NCBI GenBank assembly: GCA_963833985.1
Contig: CAWIAD010000002.1
Coordinates: forward strand, 5,248,001 to 5,312,000
Reading direction: 5' to 3'
Origin: an uncultured Planctomycetaceae bacterium
GTDB taxonomy: Bacteria > Planctomycetota > Planctomycetia > Isosphaerales > Isosphaeraceae
Length of the DNA: 64,000 nt
Numbering within the stretch: the stretch's first letter is position 1; every line of letters begins with the position of its first letter. Made by a program: the position numbers and the translations under genes. Of this stretch, positions 45,246 through 54,474 are shown in pieces. Under the pieces are notes generated by a model. The model did no database searches. It was not told the origin of the DNA and saw only the letters and a list, made by a program, of their open reading frames with translations.

Positions 45246-46304
45246 CTACGACACGCGCGGAGGCGCCGAGGGCGCGGGATCGGCCGGTTTGGCGGGGGCC
45301 GGCTTCTCCCGGTCGCGGTCACGCTCCCGGTCGCGGTCGCGTTCTCTCTCGGAACGGTTGGGCGCCGGAGCCGCTGGCTCGGTATCCGTATCTTGCCATT
45401 TCATGGCGCGGGCATGCCGCATGGGGGCCACGCGCAAGATGACCTCACCGCCCTGGAAGAGCCGCACGGCGCCGTTGGACTGGCTGACCACCACGCCCAC
45501 GGCCTGGGTCACAGCCGTGATGGCCGCGGCCGCCCAGTGCCGCGTGCCCAGCCCCTTGGGCACGCTCAGGCCGGTCACGGGGGCGTCAACCAGGCGGCAG
45601 GCCGCCTCCACCGTACCGTCGCGCGCCACGATGAACGCTCCGTCCATCTGGGCGATCTCCTTGATCGCCTCGCGGACGCGGGGATCGCGGACGTTGCGCT
45701 CCTTGCGGCGATAGCCCTTGAATGGGTCGAATCCCAGGGGGCGGGTGCGGGGCAGCACGTTGCGGGCGTCGCCAACGACGATGAGCGTGCCGACGGCCTT
45801 CCCTTCGCGGCCCTCGCGGCCGATCTCCACCGCGGTGTCCACCACGGCCTTGAGCGTCTCGAAGGGAACGCACGTTTCCAGGGCGCGGAGGTCGCGCGCG
45901 GTGAGCCGCTCCAGGTGTTCACCCAGGCGGATGATCGCCAGCGAGTCCAGCGCCTCGGCCTCGAACCCCGAGTAGACCACCACCACGCGGGCGCCCGCCT
46001 TGAGCTGATCGTTGGAGACCGCCTCGATCAGGGCCAGGCTGATGCGCTCGGCGATGGCGGCCTCGGTGGGCTCGAGCTCGATCGCGGCCAGGCCCACCTT
46101 GCGCACGACTTCCGCATGCCGCGGCGAGGTGGACGCCACGAACACCGCGACGCCTCCCGCGCAGACCGAGCGCACCAGCTCCCATTCCATCGGGCCCTCG
46201 GGCATGATCAGCACGCCCGCCGCGCCCAGCCGCTCGGCCGCCTCGCAAGCAAGCGAGAGGATCGGCAAGGGCGCGGTGGCCTTCGAGACGAGATTGGGAG
46301 TCAC
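45246..46304 (-). CDS. Diadenylate cyclase (DisA_N/DAC domain) with N-terminal extension, DacZ-like
   Basis: EIGREGREGKAVGTL, KEIAQMDGAF, GLGTRHWAAAAIT, VVSQSNG. Confidence 0.85.
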   Translation of the reverse strand: MTPNLVSKATAPLPILSLACEAAERLGAAGVLIMPEGPMEWELVRSVCAGGVAVFVASTSPRHAEVVRKVGLAAIELEPTEAAIAERISLALIEAVSNDQLKAGARVVVVYSGFEAEALDSLAIIRLGEHLERLTARDLRALETCVPFETLKAVVDTAVEIGREGREGKAVGTLIVVGDARNVLPRTRPLGFDPFKGYRRKERNVRDPRVREAIKEIAQMDGAFIVARDGTVEAACRLVDAPVTGLSVPKGLGTRHWAAAAITAVTQAVGVVVSQSNGAVRLFQGGEVILRVAPMRHARAMKWQDTDTEPAAPAPNRSERERDRDRERDRDREKPAPAKPADPAPSAPPRVS

Positions 46305-46382
46305 GGTGTGCGGCCTCAGACGGAGAACGGGCCGCGATCGGCCGGAACCGAGCGGCACAGCCCGGGGAAAGGTCCGTGACCG

Positions 46383-47099
46383 CTACTTCTTCTTGGGCTC
46401 TTCCTTCTTTGCCTCGTCCTTCTTGGGCTCGGCGGGCTTGGGCTCGGCGGGCTTGGCCGCAGAGCTTGGCCCCTTGGCCTTGCGGACCTCATCAATATAC
46501 TTGTTCAGCATGTTGGCGCGCTGATCATACCACTGCTTCAGGCCGGCGCTCGGGTTCACGATGCGCAGGTCGTTCTGAGGGTTGATGTTCACTCCCTCGA
46601 GCGTCTTGTTGTAGCCGGTGAACCAGCCGCAGAAGACCTCGGGCGTCACGGTCCAGACGGGCTTCTTCGCGGCGGGGTTCTTGAGCGTCTTCGCATCGAA
46701 CGCGTAGCCCTTGATCAGGATGTCGAGGATGGGCGGCGGGTCGATGGAGCTATCGACGAGCCCCGCGTCCTCGGCGGCGACGATGGCCTCGGCCACGGCA
46801 TGACGGGCCTTCTCAAGCTTCTCTTCCACCTCCTTGGGAATCGTCGGCGGAGGAACCTCCACCGGCTTCTCAGCCTCCTTCTTGGCGGCCTCCTCCTTCT
46901 TGGCGGCCTCCTCCTTCTTGGCGGCCTCCTCCTTCTTGGCCGTATCAGTCTGGGGAGCCTCCGGTTTGCTGGCCTCAGCCTTGGCGGCCGGCGCGGCCTC
47001 CTTCTTCGTCTCCTGGGCCAGCGAAGTCCCGGAACAGATGATGGCCAGCCCCAATCCCAGCCCCCATGGCAGCGCGAGTGCAACGACGCGACGGATCAC
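46383..47099 (-). CDS. Secreted hypothetical protein with Lys/Glu/Ala/Pro-rich ends
   Basis: AAGGAGA RBS before GTG 47099, signal peptide, globular core AVAEAIVAAEDAGLVDSSIDPPPILDIL. Confidence 0.7.
   Translation of the reverse strand: MIRRVVALALPWGLGLGLAIICSGTSLAQETKKEAAPAAKAEASKPEAPQTDTAKKEEAAKKEEAAKKEEAAKKEAEKPVEVPPPTIPKEVEEKLEKARHAVAEAIVAAEDAGLVDSSIDPPPILDILIKGYAFDAKTLKNPAAKKPVWTVTPEVFCGWFTGYNKTLEGVNINPQNDLRIVNPSAGLKQWYDQRANMLNKYIDEVRKAKGPSSAAKPAEPKPAEPKKDEAKKEEPKKK
46873..46940 (-). repeat. 18-nt coding tandem repeat (KKEEAA, about 3.5 units)
   Basis: CCTTCTTGGCGGCCTCCT repeated on the + strand. Confidence 0.9.
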
Positions 47100-47544
47100 T
47101 AGCGGATCTCCTTGTTCAAAGCCACATACGGATACGCCCGCCCCTGTGCGAATCGGGACGGCTCGCAACGCAATCGGTTCCGCGGGCCAGGCGACCTCCC
47201 GGTGCTGGACCCGCCGGAACACTTGGTTGAGCCGAGTTTAACGGCGATCACGCCGGCGTGCCAGGGACATCGGGCCCGATGTCGTGTCCAGCAGAGCGGT
47301 CCGGAGGTCGGGCCCAGGACCGTGGTCCAGAAGTCGGGCCGCAGACAAGCCGTGTGCCATGGGTTCGCCAGATCTCCTACCTTCCCTGGTTGCTTAAGTG
47401 CTGGGGGTCCGCTCGTGCCGGGCTTGCCAGAAACTTACGTTATGCCGAGAAGACGGATTGCCGAAAGAATAACAGGTCGTCTGGCAGCGACCGAAGGCTG
47501 CCAGGCAGGGTTCGTCACGCGATCGGCGGAGGTCAGGGAGGACC

Positions 47545-49647
47545 GTGATGGGACGCACATCGTCAAGCAAGCCGGGCAATCCGAAGCGACGAACCAGGCC
47601 GAGGGTCGAAGGGCTGGAGCAGCGCTGGGTTCCCAGCCAGGCCGCGGGCGGCATGGCGATCGCCCCGGCTTCGAGCCCTTTGACCGGTGAGTTCTTCCAT
47701 AATTATCAGCAGTTCAACTACACCACGCCACAGGGCACGCATGTCGAGCTGAAATTCGTTGGCCGGGGCAGCTTCCAGGGCACAAGCGTGGACTCGTCGG
47801 GTGCCTTGCACCTGTTATTCAGCAAGACCAATTCCTACACCAAGATCACCAGCAACGTGCACGGCGGCACCGGCCAGGCCGACCTGGCCAGTATCTATAG
47901 CGCGGACCTTTACAACAACTACGCCGTGACCAGCCTGAGCGGCATCGGCGGCACGGTGCTCGCCGGAATCAGCCTGCCGAACTTCAACCTCATCCCCGGC
48001 GGTATCATCAACCTCACCGCCGGCATCGACAATCTGAATCTGAATTCGGCGGGCCCGAACTCACAGATCGAGATGCGGTACCTGCCGCAGAGCACATCGA
48101 GCTCCAGCACCAGCTCGAGTTCGAGCTCCACCACGAATACCTCGTCCAGCTCGACAACCGGCTCCGCTTCCTCGACAACGCAGGGCACCAGCTCGACCAT
48201 CAGCTCGGGGACCAGCCAGAACAACAACTCCAGTATCATCGTCACCGGAGCGTTCACCGTGCAGTCGCTGGCCGGGATCAGCGGCGAATTCATCACGGCG
48301 GGCAACATCGTCAACGTCACGACCAACGGGACTCCGCCACCTCCGCCAGCGCCGCCGGGCGTGGTCCTGAAGATCAATCACATCAACGGCAACATCACCA
48401 CCCCGCCGAACCTGCTCACCGACAAACTCATCTTCGGCTACGACGCGGCAACCGGGCAGGTGGTCCGGTTCAACATCACGCCCACGATCGACGCGGCCGC
48501 GGGCAACGTCGACATGGCACGGCAGACCGGAACGATCGACCCGACCTGGACGCCAATTCAGGTACAGGCGCCCGGAGCGACATCGCCCGTGGCGATTTCC
48601 GTGGGACGTGACGGCCCGCGCCTGGTCCTCCTGGTGAGCACGGGCTCGAAGATCTACACATTCGACGCCACCTATGGAACGCCCATCGGCTCGTTCACCG
48701 CTCCGGCCGGGTTCACCGTCACCACGATGGGCTCGACCGACACGCTCACGGTGCTGGGTGATACCGCGACCAACAAGTTGGAGATGATTGACATTCCGCG
48801 CAGCCTGGCCGCCGGCACAGCCGAGCCGCCGGTCAACCCCAGCCCCTTTCCGCAGCCTTTCAGCTATACGCCGCCGGCCGGGTTCACGCTCGTGGGTGGA
48901 CTGACGGGACTGGTCGGCTCGAACCAGGTCTACCCCACCATCGCGGCCACGTTCAACTCGTTCCAGCCCAGCACCACGGAACTGGGCCTCCTGACGGCAA
49001 GCACCTCGAACACAATCCCCAACGCCGCCGGCGGCCTGACCCTGGTGCGCAGCTTCGGCACGGTCTCGGAGCAGGCCATCAAGGTGGGCAGCAACTACAT
49101 TCCCGTGAACCCCAGCAGTAATCCTGGCTACATCGGTGTCTCGGAAGGCTCGGTCGATTCATCGCTGGCCATCAATACCCTGGGCGCCAGTACGACCACC
49201 CCCACGACCTACTCCAACCACGTGACCCTGCTCGGCCCCAGCTCGCTCACCAACCGCGGCACGATCACGCTGAAGACGACCGACCCGATCACGGACCTGA
49301 GCGAGAGCTTCCGCGCTGACCTCACCGGCTCGACGGCCAACGGCCCTGGCCCGGTTGTGGTCGACGTGCAGGGAACACTCCAGTCGCTGCGCGGGCTTTC
49401 GGCCAACGGCCTGGTGCTCAACAACACCGGCTACCTGAACCTCATTCGCACCGGCACGATCTCCAACTCCACCATCCTGGCCCAGCCCATCGGCCACATC
49501 CTCACGCCGCAGTCGAAGCGCAGCAACGTGCTGCTCATCTCCACGAACAACCGCGACTTCGGCCACCGCGGTGGCGTGAACTACCTGGCCGCCGGACTGT
49601 ACCAGGTTGGCCCGCTGGCGCTGACCAATGACCGCCCGGCGCCGTGA
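47545..49647 (+). CDS. Exported hypothetical protein with LExR-type N-terminal motif and Ser/Thr-rich linker
   Basis: GGGAGG RBS; RPRVEGLEQRWVPS; S/T tract near 48090-48230; beta-rich body. Confidence 0.75.
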   Translation: MMGRTSSSKPGNPKRRTRPRVEGLEQRWVPSQAAGGMAIAPASSPLTGEFFHNYQQFNYTTPQGTHVELKFVGRGSFQGTSVDSSGALHLLFSKTNSYTKITSNVHGGTGQADLASIYSADLYNNYAVTSLSGIGGTVLAGISLPNFNLIPGGIINLTAGIDNLNLNSAGPNSQIEMRYLPQSTSSSSTSSSSSSTTNTSSSSTTGSASSTTQGTSSTISSGTSQNNNSSIIVTGAFTVQSLAGISGEFITAGNIVNVTTNGTPPPPPAPPGVVLKINHINGNITTPPNLLTDKLIFGYDAATGQVVRFNITPTIDAAAGNVDMARQTGTIDPTWTPIQVQAPGATSPVAISVGRDGPRLVLLVSTGSKIYTFDATYGTPIGSFTAPAGFTVTTMGSTDTLTVLGDTATNKLEMIDIPRSLAAGTAEPPVNPSPFPQPFSYTPPAGFTLVGGLTGLVGSNQVYPTIAATFNSFQPSTTELGLLTASTSNTIPNAAGGLTLVRSFGTVSEQAIKVGSNYIPVNPSSNPGYIGVSEGSVDSSLAINTLGASTTTPTTYSNHVTLLGPSSLTNRGTITLKTTDPITDLSESFRADLTGSTANGPGPVVVDVQGTLQSLRGLSANGLVLNNTGYLNLIRTGTISNSTILAQPIGHILTPQSKRSNVLLISTNNRDFGHRGGVNYLAAGLYQVGPLALTNDRPAP

Positions 49648-49861
49648 GCGGTCGGCCCTCCAGCGGGGTGGAGGTGACGCAAAGGTTCGCTTTCTTAATC
49701 AAAACTTCGTCAAAAAGAAGGGAAAATCACTCCCCGCTTACCGAAAAAAGTGGCTATAGTCCTACCTCACCGCCGACGCTGATATCGCCGTTGATCGCAG
49801 ATGATTGATGAAAGCAAGCGTGTACTTTGCACCGTTGCGCGGACAATCGCGGAAGGTGAAC

Positions 49862-50791
49862 ATGAGAACGAAGCGTGATCTGCTGGCGCCGTTGCCGTTG
49901 CCAGTGCTGGCGCGGCTGCTGGCCTGTGCCCTGCTTGCGGTCTCCGGGGCGAGTGGCCAGGAGCAGCGGGTGGAGCACGTGGTGATCGTGGGGGTGGACG
50001 GGCTCAGCCCTGACGGCGTCCGCAGGGCGCAGGCGCCGAACCTGGCACGGCTCATGAAAGAGGGGGCATTCACGCTGCATGCGCGGGGCGTGATGCCCAC
50101 GGTCAGCAGCCCGAACTGGGCGTCGATGATCATGGGCGCCGGGCCCGAGCAGCACGGCGTCACGTCGAACGACTGGGAGCCAGGCAAGGGAAGCATCGTG
50201 CCCACGGCCGAGGGCGCGCCGGGCATCTTCCCCACAGTCTTCGGAGTGTTGCGGGCCCAGCGGCCGAAAGCCAGGATCGCGGTCTTCCACGACTGGGACG
50301 GTTTCGGCCGGCTCTTCGAGCGCCCGGCCGTCGACCGCATCGAGGACAGCGACGGCCCGGTGAAGGCCGTCGAGCACGCCGTCGACTACATGAAGAAAGA
50401 GCGCCCGGCGCTGCTCTTCATCCACCTCGACCATGTGGACGACGCCGGGCACGCGCACGGCCACGGGTCGCCCGAGTACTACGCGTCCGTCGCCGAGGCC
50501 GACCGCCTCATCGGCCTTGTGCTCCGCGGGCTGGAATCCGCCGGCATCGCCCAGAGCACCGTCCTGCTGGTGACCTCCGACCACGGCGGCGTGGGCAAGA
50601 AGCATGGCGGCAACACCATGGCCGAGATCGAGATCCCCTGGATCGTCCACGGCCCGGGCGTCGTCGCCGGCAAGGATCTGGCAACGCCGGTCAGCACCTG
50701 CGACACGGCCGCGACCGTGGCCTTCCTGCTGGGTTTGAAGCCGCCGGCCTGCTGGATTGGCCGCCCCGTCACCGAGGCGTTCGGCTACTGA
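49862..50791 (+). CDS. Alkaline phosphatase superfamily protein (nucleotide pyrophosphatase/phosphodiesterase-like)
   Basis: IVGVDGL, PTVSSPNW, DHVDDAGH, VTSDHGG, HGG motifs; signal peptide. Confidence 0.85.
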   Translation: MRTKRDLLAPLPLPVLARLLACALLAVSGASGQEQRVEHVVIVGVDGLSPDGVRRAQAPNLARLMKEGAFTLHARGVMPTVSSPNWASMIMGAGPEQHGVTSNDWEPGKGSIVPTAEGAPGIFPTVFGVLRAQRPKARIAVFHDWDGFGRLFERPAVDRIEDSDGPVKAVEHAVDYMKKERPALLFIHLDHVDDAGHAHGHGSPEYYASVAEADRLIGLVLRGLESAGIAQSTVLLVTSDHGGVGKKHGGNTMAEIEIPWIVHGPGVVAGKDLATPVSTCDTAATVAFLLGLKPPACWIGRPVTEAFGY

Positions 50792-50827
50792 TCGTTCCCC
50801 CAGCGAAACCACAGAGGCCATTTAGTT

Positions 50828-51387
50828 ATGTGCACGCGTTGGCTGTTCGCAGCTGCTCTGCTGGCTGTGACCTGCGCTTCCTGTTCGCGATCAAGCCTGG
50901 GACTTTACCCGGTCTACGGCACCGTCACGTACAATGGTCAGCCCGCGGCCGGTGCCATCGTCTACTTCCACCAGAAGGGTGGGACAGCCGCCGGTTTTCA
51001 GGGTCAGATCCCGACAGGGATCGTCGACTCGAACGGGCATTTCTCGCTCGAATGCGGCGTCTGGCCCGGGCTCTGGCTGCCGGCCAGTACGTTGTGCTGG
51101 TGCAGTGGCCCGATGATTCTGTCTCGCAAGCCCAGGCCGCTGAGGAGAATGCCAAGACAAAAGGCGCCAGGGCTTCGGAGAAGGTCAGGGCCCGCAAGAT
51201 GAAACTTGACCATATTCCCAGCGACCGGCTCAAGGGTCGGTATGCAGCTGCCGATCGGCCCTTGTTGACCGCCGAGGTGAAGGCCCAGACCAATACCCTA
51301 CCTTTGTTTGAACTTCAGGATGGTCTCCCACCCGCCGAGGAGAAGAAGGCGCGACGTGCACTCAAAGGCACAGGGGACCCAGGTTGA
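50828..51387 (+). CDS. Lipoprotein with carboxypeptidase-regulatory-like domain (DUF1559 partner; frameshift near 51065)
   Basis: Lipobox-like CASC; YPVYGTVTYNGQPAAGAIVYFH, G.F.L, AGQYVVLVQWP, DRLKGRY. Confidence 0.7.
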
Positions 51388-51477
51388 TCAGACTCGGTTC
51401 GTCACAACGCCAACAACTGTGGTCGCTTCCATTAACCGGTTTGCCGATTTCGTCACCTTCACCTTGATGAGGACCCC

Positions 51478-52624
51478 ATGAATCGATCGCGGAGAAAACA
51501 ACAAGCAGCCTTCACACTCATCGAACTTCTCGTCGTGATCGCGATCATCGCGGTGCTGATCTCGCTGCTGCTTCCGGCCGTTCAGTCAGCGCGAGGCCGC
51601 TCGACGGGCTCAGTGTGTCAACAACATGAAGCAAATCGGGCTCGCCACGATGAACTTTGAAAGCGTTAATGGCTGGATGCCCCCCGACGTCGATTACCTC
51701 ACCCCTCCCTATCTCCCGGATCCAGACCCATCGGTTCAAGGCTAGGGGACCAATGGGCAAGAGAGAGCCGGCAACTTCACGTCGGTCCTTCCATTCCTCG
51801 AACAACAGAATACCTATAATCTGATCAACCTCAGTCGCAGCGCCTTCGACCAGATCAACATTCCCCCATTCACACCCAACTCCGGCAGTTTGTACAACGG
51901 GGTAGGTCAGTGTTCGGCCTATTCGACGGTGATCAACACATTCCTCTGCCCGTCCTCGCCCGTTGATGGGCCCATCAATTACTACAACACCGTGTATAGT
52001 GGCTTCGGGGACGGCAGCGGAAATCCCATTCCCAGTCCTCCGACCAATATCTGGAGTCGGTCAGACTACTTCGCAACGCCGGGGTTCCATACATCGCTGC
52101 TCCTCAAGCTCGGATACTCCCAGACTGCGGCGAACCAGCTCACGAATACCGACAGCGGAGTGATATGCGATCTCTCGACAGTGAACCAAACCACCGGACT
52201 TGTGAACACACCGATTCCCCACGTGCGAATTTCCAGCATCACGGATGGCACGTCGAACTCCATGATGATCAGTGAGGACGCGGGCCGGCCCGTCGGCTAC
52301 AACCACAACCGGCAGATCTACGCTCAGTATGGTGCTCCCGTCGATGGTGTGCTCAATCCAGTCAGCGGTGGTGGCGGCGCCTGGGCCGACCCCTTCTCGT
52401 TCGCTCACCTCGCCGGCTCCTCCGCCGACGGCCTTCGGGGCAACGGGATCTGCTTGATCAACTGCACCTCGAACAATGAGATCTATTCCTTCCACCCCGG
52501 TGGAGCGAACATGCTCTTCGCCGACGGCTCGGTGCATTTCATCAAGGAATCCGCGAATCCGTTGATCATCGTCGCGCTGATCACTCGCGCCGGTGGTGAA
52601 ATCATCAGCGCCGACCAGTACTGA
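51478..52624 (+). CDS. DUF1559 prepilin-type N-terminal cleavage/methylation protein; frameshift near 51590 and in-frame TAG at 51743-51745
   Basis: [28 protein letters not shown], (AREAA)[46 protein letters not shown]. Confidence 0.9.
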
Positions 52625-52783
52625 GCCGAGCCGCCCCCTGCACTTCTCACCCTCTCCCCGGCGCCCGCAGCACCCCCTCCGGGCGTTCTGCTTTACAGCC
52701 GGCGGCCGGCTTCGCAAGAATCGGCAAGAACACTCGAACTTCCGGTAGGCGGCCGACTCCGGCACCCCGGCGCGGGTCGATTC

Positions 52784-52807
52784 GGTCCGGTCCAGTCCAG
52801 TCCGGTC
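52784..52807 (+). repeat. Pentamer microsatellite (RGTCC), about 5 units
   Basis: GGTCC GGTCC AGTCC AGTCC GGTC in the intergenic region. Confidence 0.6.
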
Positions 52808-52856
52808 GGCACCCGAAGCGAACGGGAGTCGCACCATCACAAAAAAGGGGGCGACC

Positions 52857-54275
52857 GTGCGGCGCATTCTTTGGCCACCCAGTCAGGCGCTCGCAGCCTG
52901 GGCGATCGCGGTTTGTCTTTCCAGTCCTCTGCTGCTGGCCGGGCCTGTGCCGCCGCATTCCGGGGAACTCCCGGCGCGCGTCGAGGCCTACATGGCGGCG
53001 CGGGTGCAGCGCGACCACTTCAGCGGCTCGGTCCTGATCGCACGCGACGGCCAGGTCCTCTTCAGCAAGGGCTATGGCATGGCGAACTTCGAGCACGACG
53101 TTCCCAACACCCCGCATACCAAGTTCCGGCTGGGCTCGATCACCAAGCAGTTCACCGCGATGGCCGTCCTGATGCTCCAGCAGCAGGGCAAGCTGAACGT
53201 CCATGATCGCGTCAAGGTCTACTTGCCGGACGCACCCGAGGCCTGGAAGGACGTCACCATCGAGCACTTGCTGACGCATACCTCGGGCATCTTCAATTAC
53301 ACCGAATCGCTGATGTTTCTGAAATCGCTCCCCGTGCACACGACCCTCAAGGAGCTGATCGGCACGTTCAGGGACAGGCCGCTCAACTTCAAGCCGGGCA
53401 CTCGCTTCAGCTACAGCAACTCGGGCTACATCTTGCTCGGCCAGATCATCGAGACCGCCTCGGGACAGAGCTATCCCTCGTTCCTCAAGCAGTCGATCTT
53501 CGACCCGCTGGGAATGAACGAGACGGGCTACGACAGTGCGGCCCCGCTGCTCAAGCACCGCGCCTCGGGCTACGTCCGCCGGCTCGGGTTCGTGCTGTCC
53601 AACTGTGACTACATCGACATGTCCATTCCCCACGCCGCCGGTGCACTTTATTCCACGACGCTCGACCTGCTGAAATGGGACCAGGCACTGTACGGCGAGC
53701 GGCTCGTCCCGCGATCGGCGCTCGATGCGATGTTCACGCCTCACCAGGACCACTACGGCTACGGCTGGATGATCGGCCAGAAGTTCGGCCGGAAGCGATA
53801 CGCGCACGGGGGCGGGATCATGGGGTTCGTGACCATGATCGAACGCTTCCCCGAGGAGCGGCTGCTTGTCGTCGCGCTCAGCAACCTGGAAAATACCCCC
53901 ATCGGACCGATCGGCGATGACCTGGCCGCCATCGCGCTGGGCCTGCGCTACGTGGTGCCCCGCGAACCCAGCGTCGCCCGGCTGGACGACTCCGCCCTCG
54001 ACGCCTGCCCGGGCCGTTACGAGACCGGCGGCGACCCCAGGAACCGCAAGCGTTTCACCGTCACGCGTGGTGGTACCCGCCTCTGGTGCGAGCCCGACGG
54101 TAAGCCGCGTTTCGAGCTGACGCCCGAATCCGAGACCCTGTTCTACATCAAGGGCATCGATTCCGAGGCCCGGTTTGTCAGGGACGGGGCCGGCAAGGTG
54201 ACCCACCTGGTCCTGATCGAAGACGGCCACGATCTGACCGCCACGCGGTTACCGGCGGACAAGGCCCACCCCTGA
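52857..54275 (+). CDS. Serine hydrolase, beta-lactamase class C-like family, with C-terminal DUF3471-like domain
   Basis: GSITK (SxxK), LLTHTSG, YSNSGY, HGGGIMGF; signal peptide. Confidence 0.88.
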   Translation: MRRILWPPSQALAAWAIAVCLSSPLLLAGPVPPHSGELPARVEAYMAARVQRDHFSGSVLIARDGQVLFSKGYGMANFEHDVPNTPHTKFRLGSITKQFTAMAVLMLQQQGKLNVHDRVKVYLPDAPEAWKDVTIEHLLTHTSGIFNYTESLMFLKSLPVHTTLKELIGTFRDRPLNFKPGTRFSYSNSGYILLGQIIETASGQSYPSFLKQSIFDPLGMNETGYDSAAPLLKHRASGYVRRLGFVLSNCDYIDMSIPHAAGALYSTTLDLLKWDQALYGERLVPRSALDAMFTPHQDHYGYGWMIGQKFGRKRYAHGGGIMGFVTMIERFPEERLLVVALSNLENTPIGPIGDDLAAIALGLRYVVPREPSVARLDDSALDACPGRYETGGDPRNRKRFTVTRGGTRLWCEPDGKPRFELTPESETLFYIKGIDSEARFVRDGAGKVTHLVLIEDGHDLTATRLPADKAHP

Positions 54276-54474
54276 GCCCGGTGAACGCTCCGGCAGCCAG
54301 AAAACTCCACGCAGCGTCGGGCGGCAAGGCTCGCGCTGTCCCGAACCCAGCAGACCCAGGTGCGCCGTGCGGTGGCTTCCCGCCTGGGCTGACGGAGCGC
54401 CGCGACGCGGACGCTTTACCGGTGACTGCACCCAGGTGGGGCGAGTATGCTTGGGATGTCTTGCCCGATGCACG

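Noticed and set aside
49670..49700. GACGCAAAG resembling part of a c-di-GMP-I riboswitch
   Set aside because: The upstream GGCAAACC stem and GAAA tetraloop are absent; more likely an ordinary AT-rich promoter region.
52857..54275. Beta-lactamase-like and Vgb-like (62048-64000) genes as antibiotic resistance determinants
   Set aside because: Both belong to broad fold families common in planctomycetes; nothing in the sequence supports a resistance function or a mobile context.
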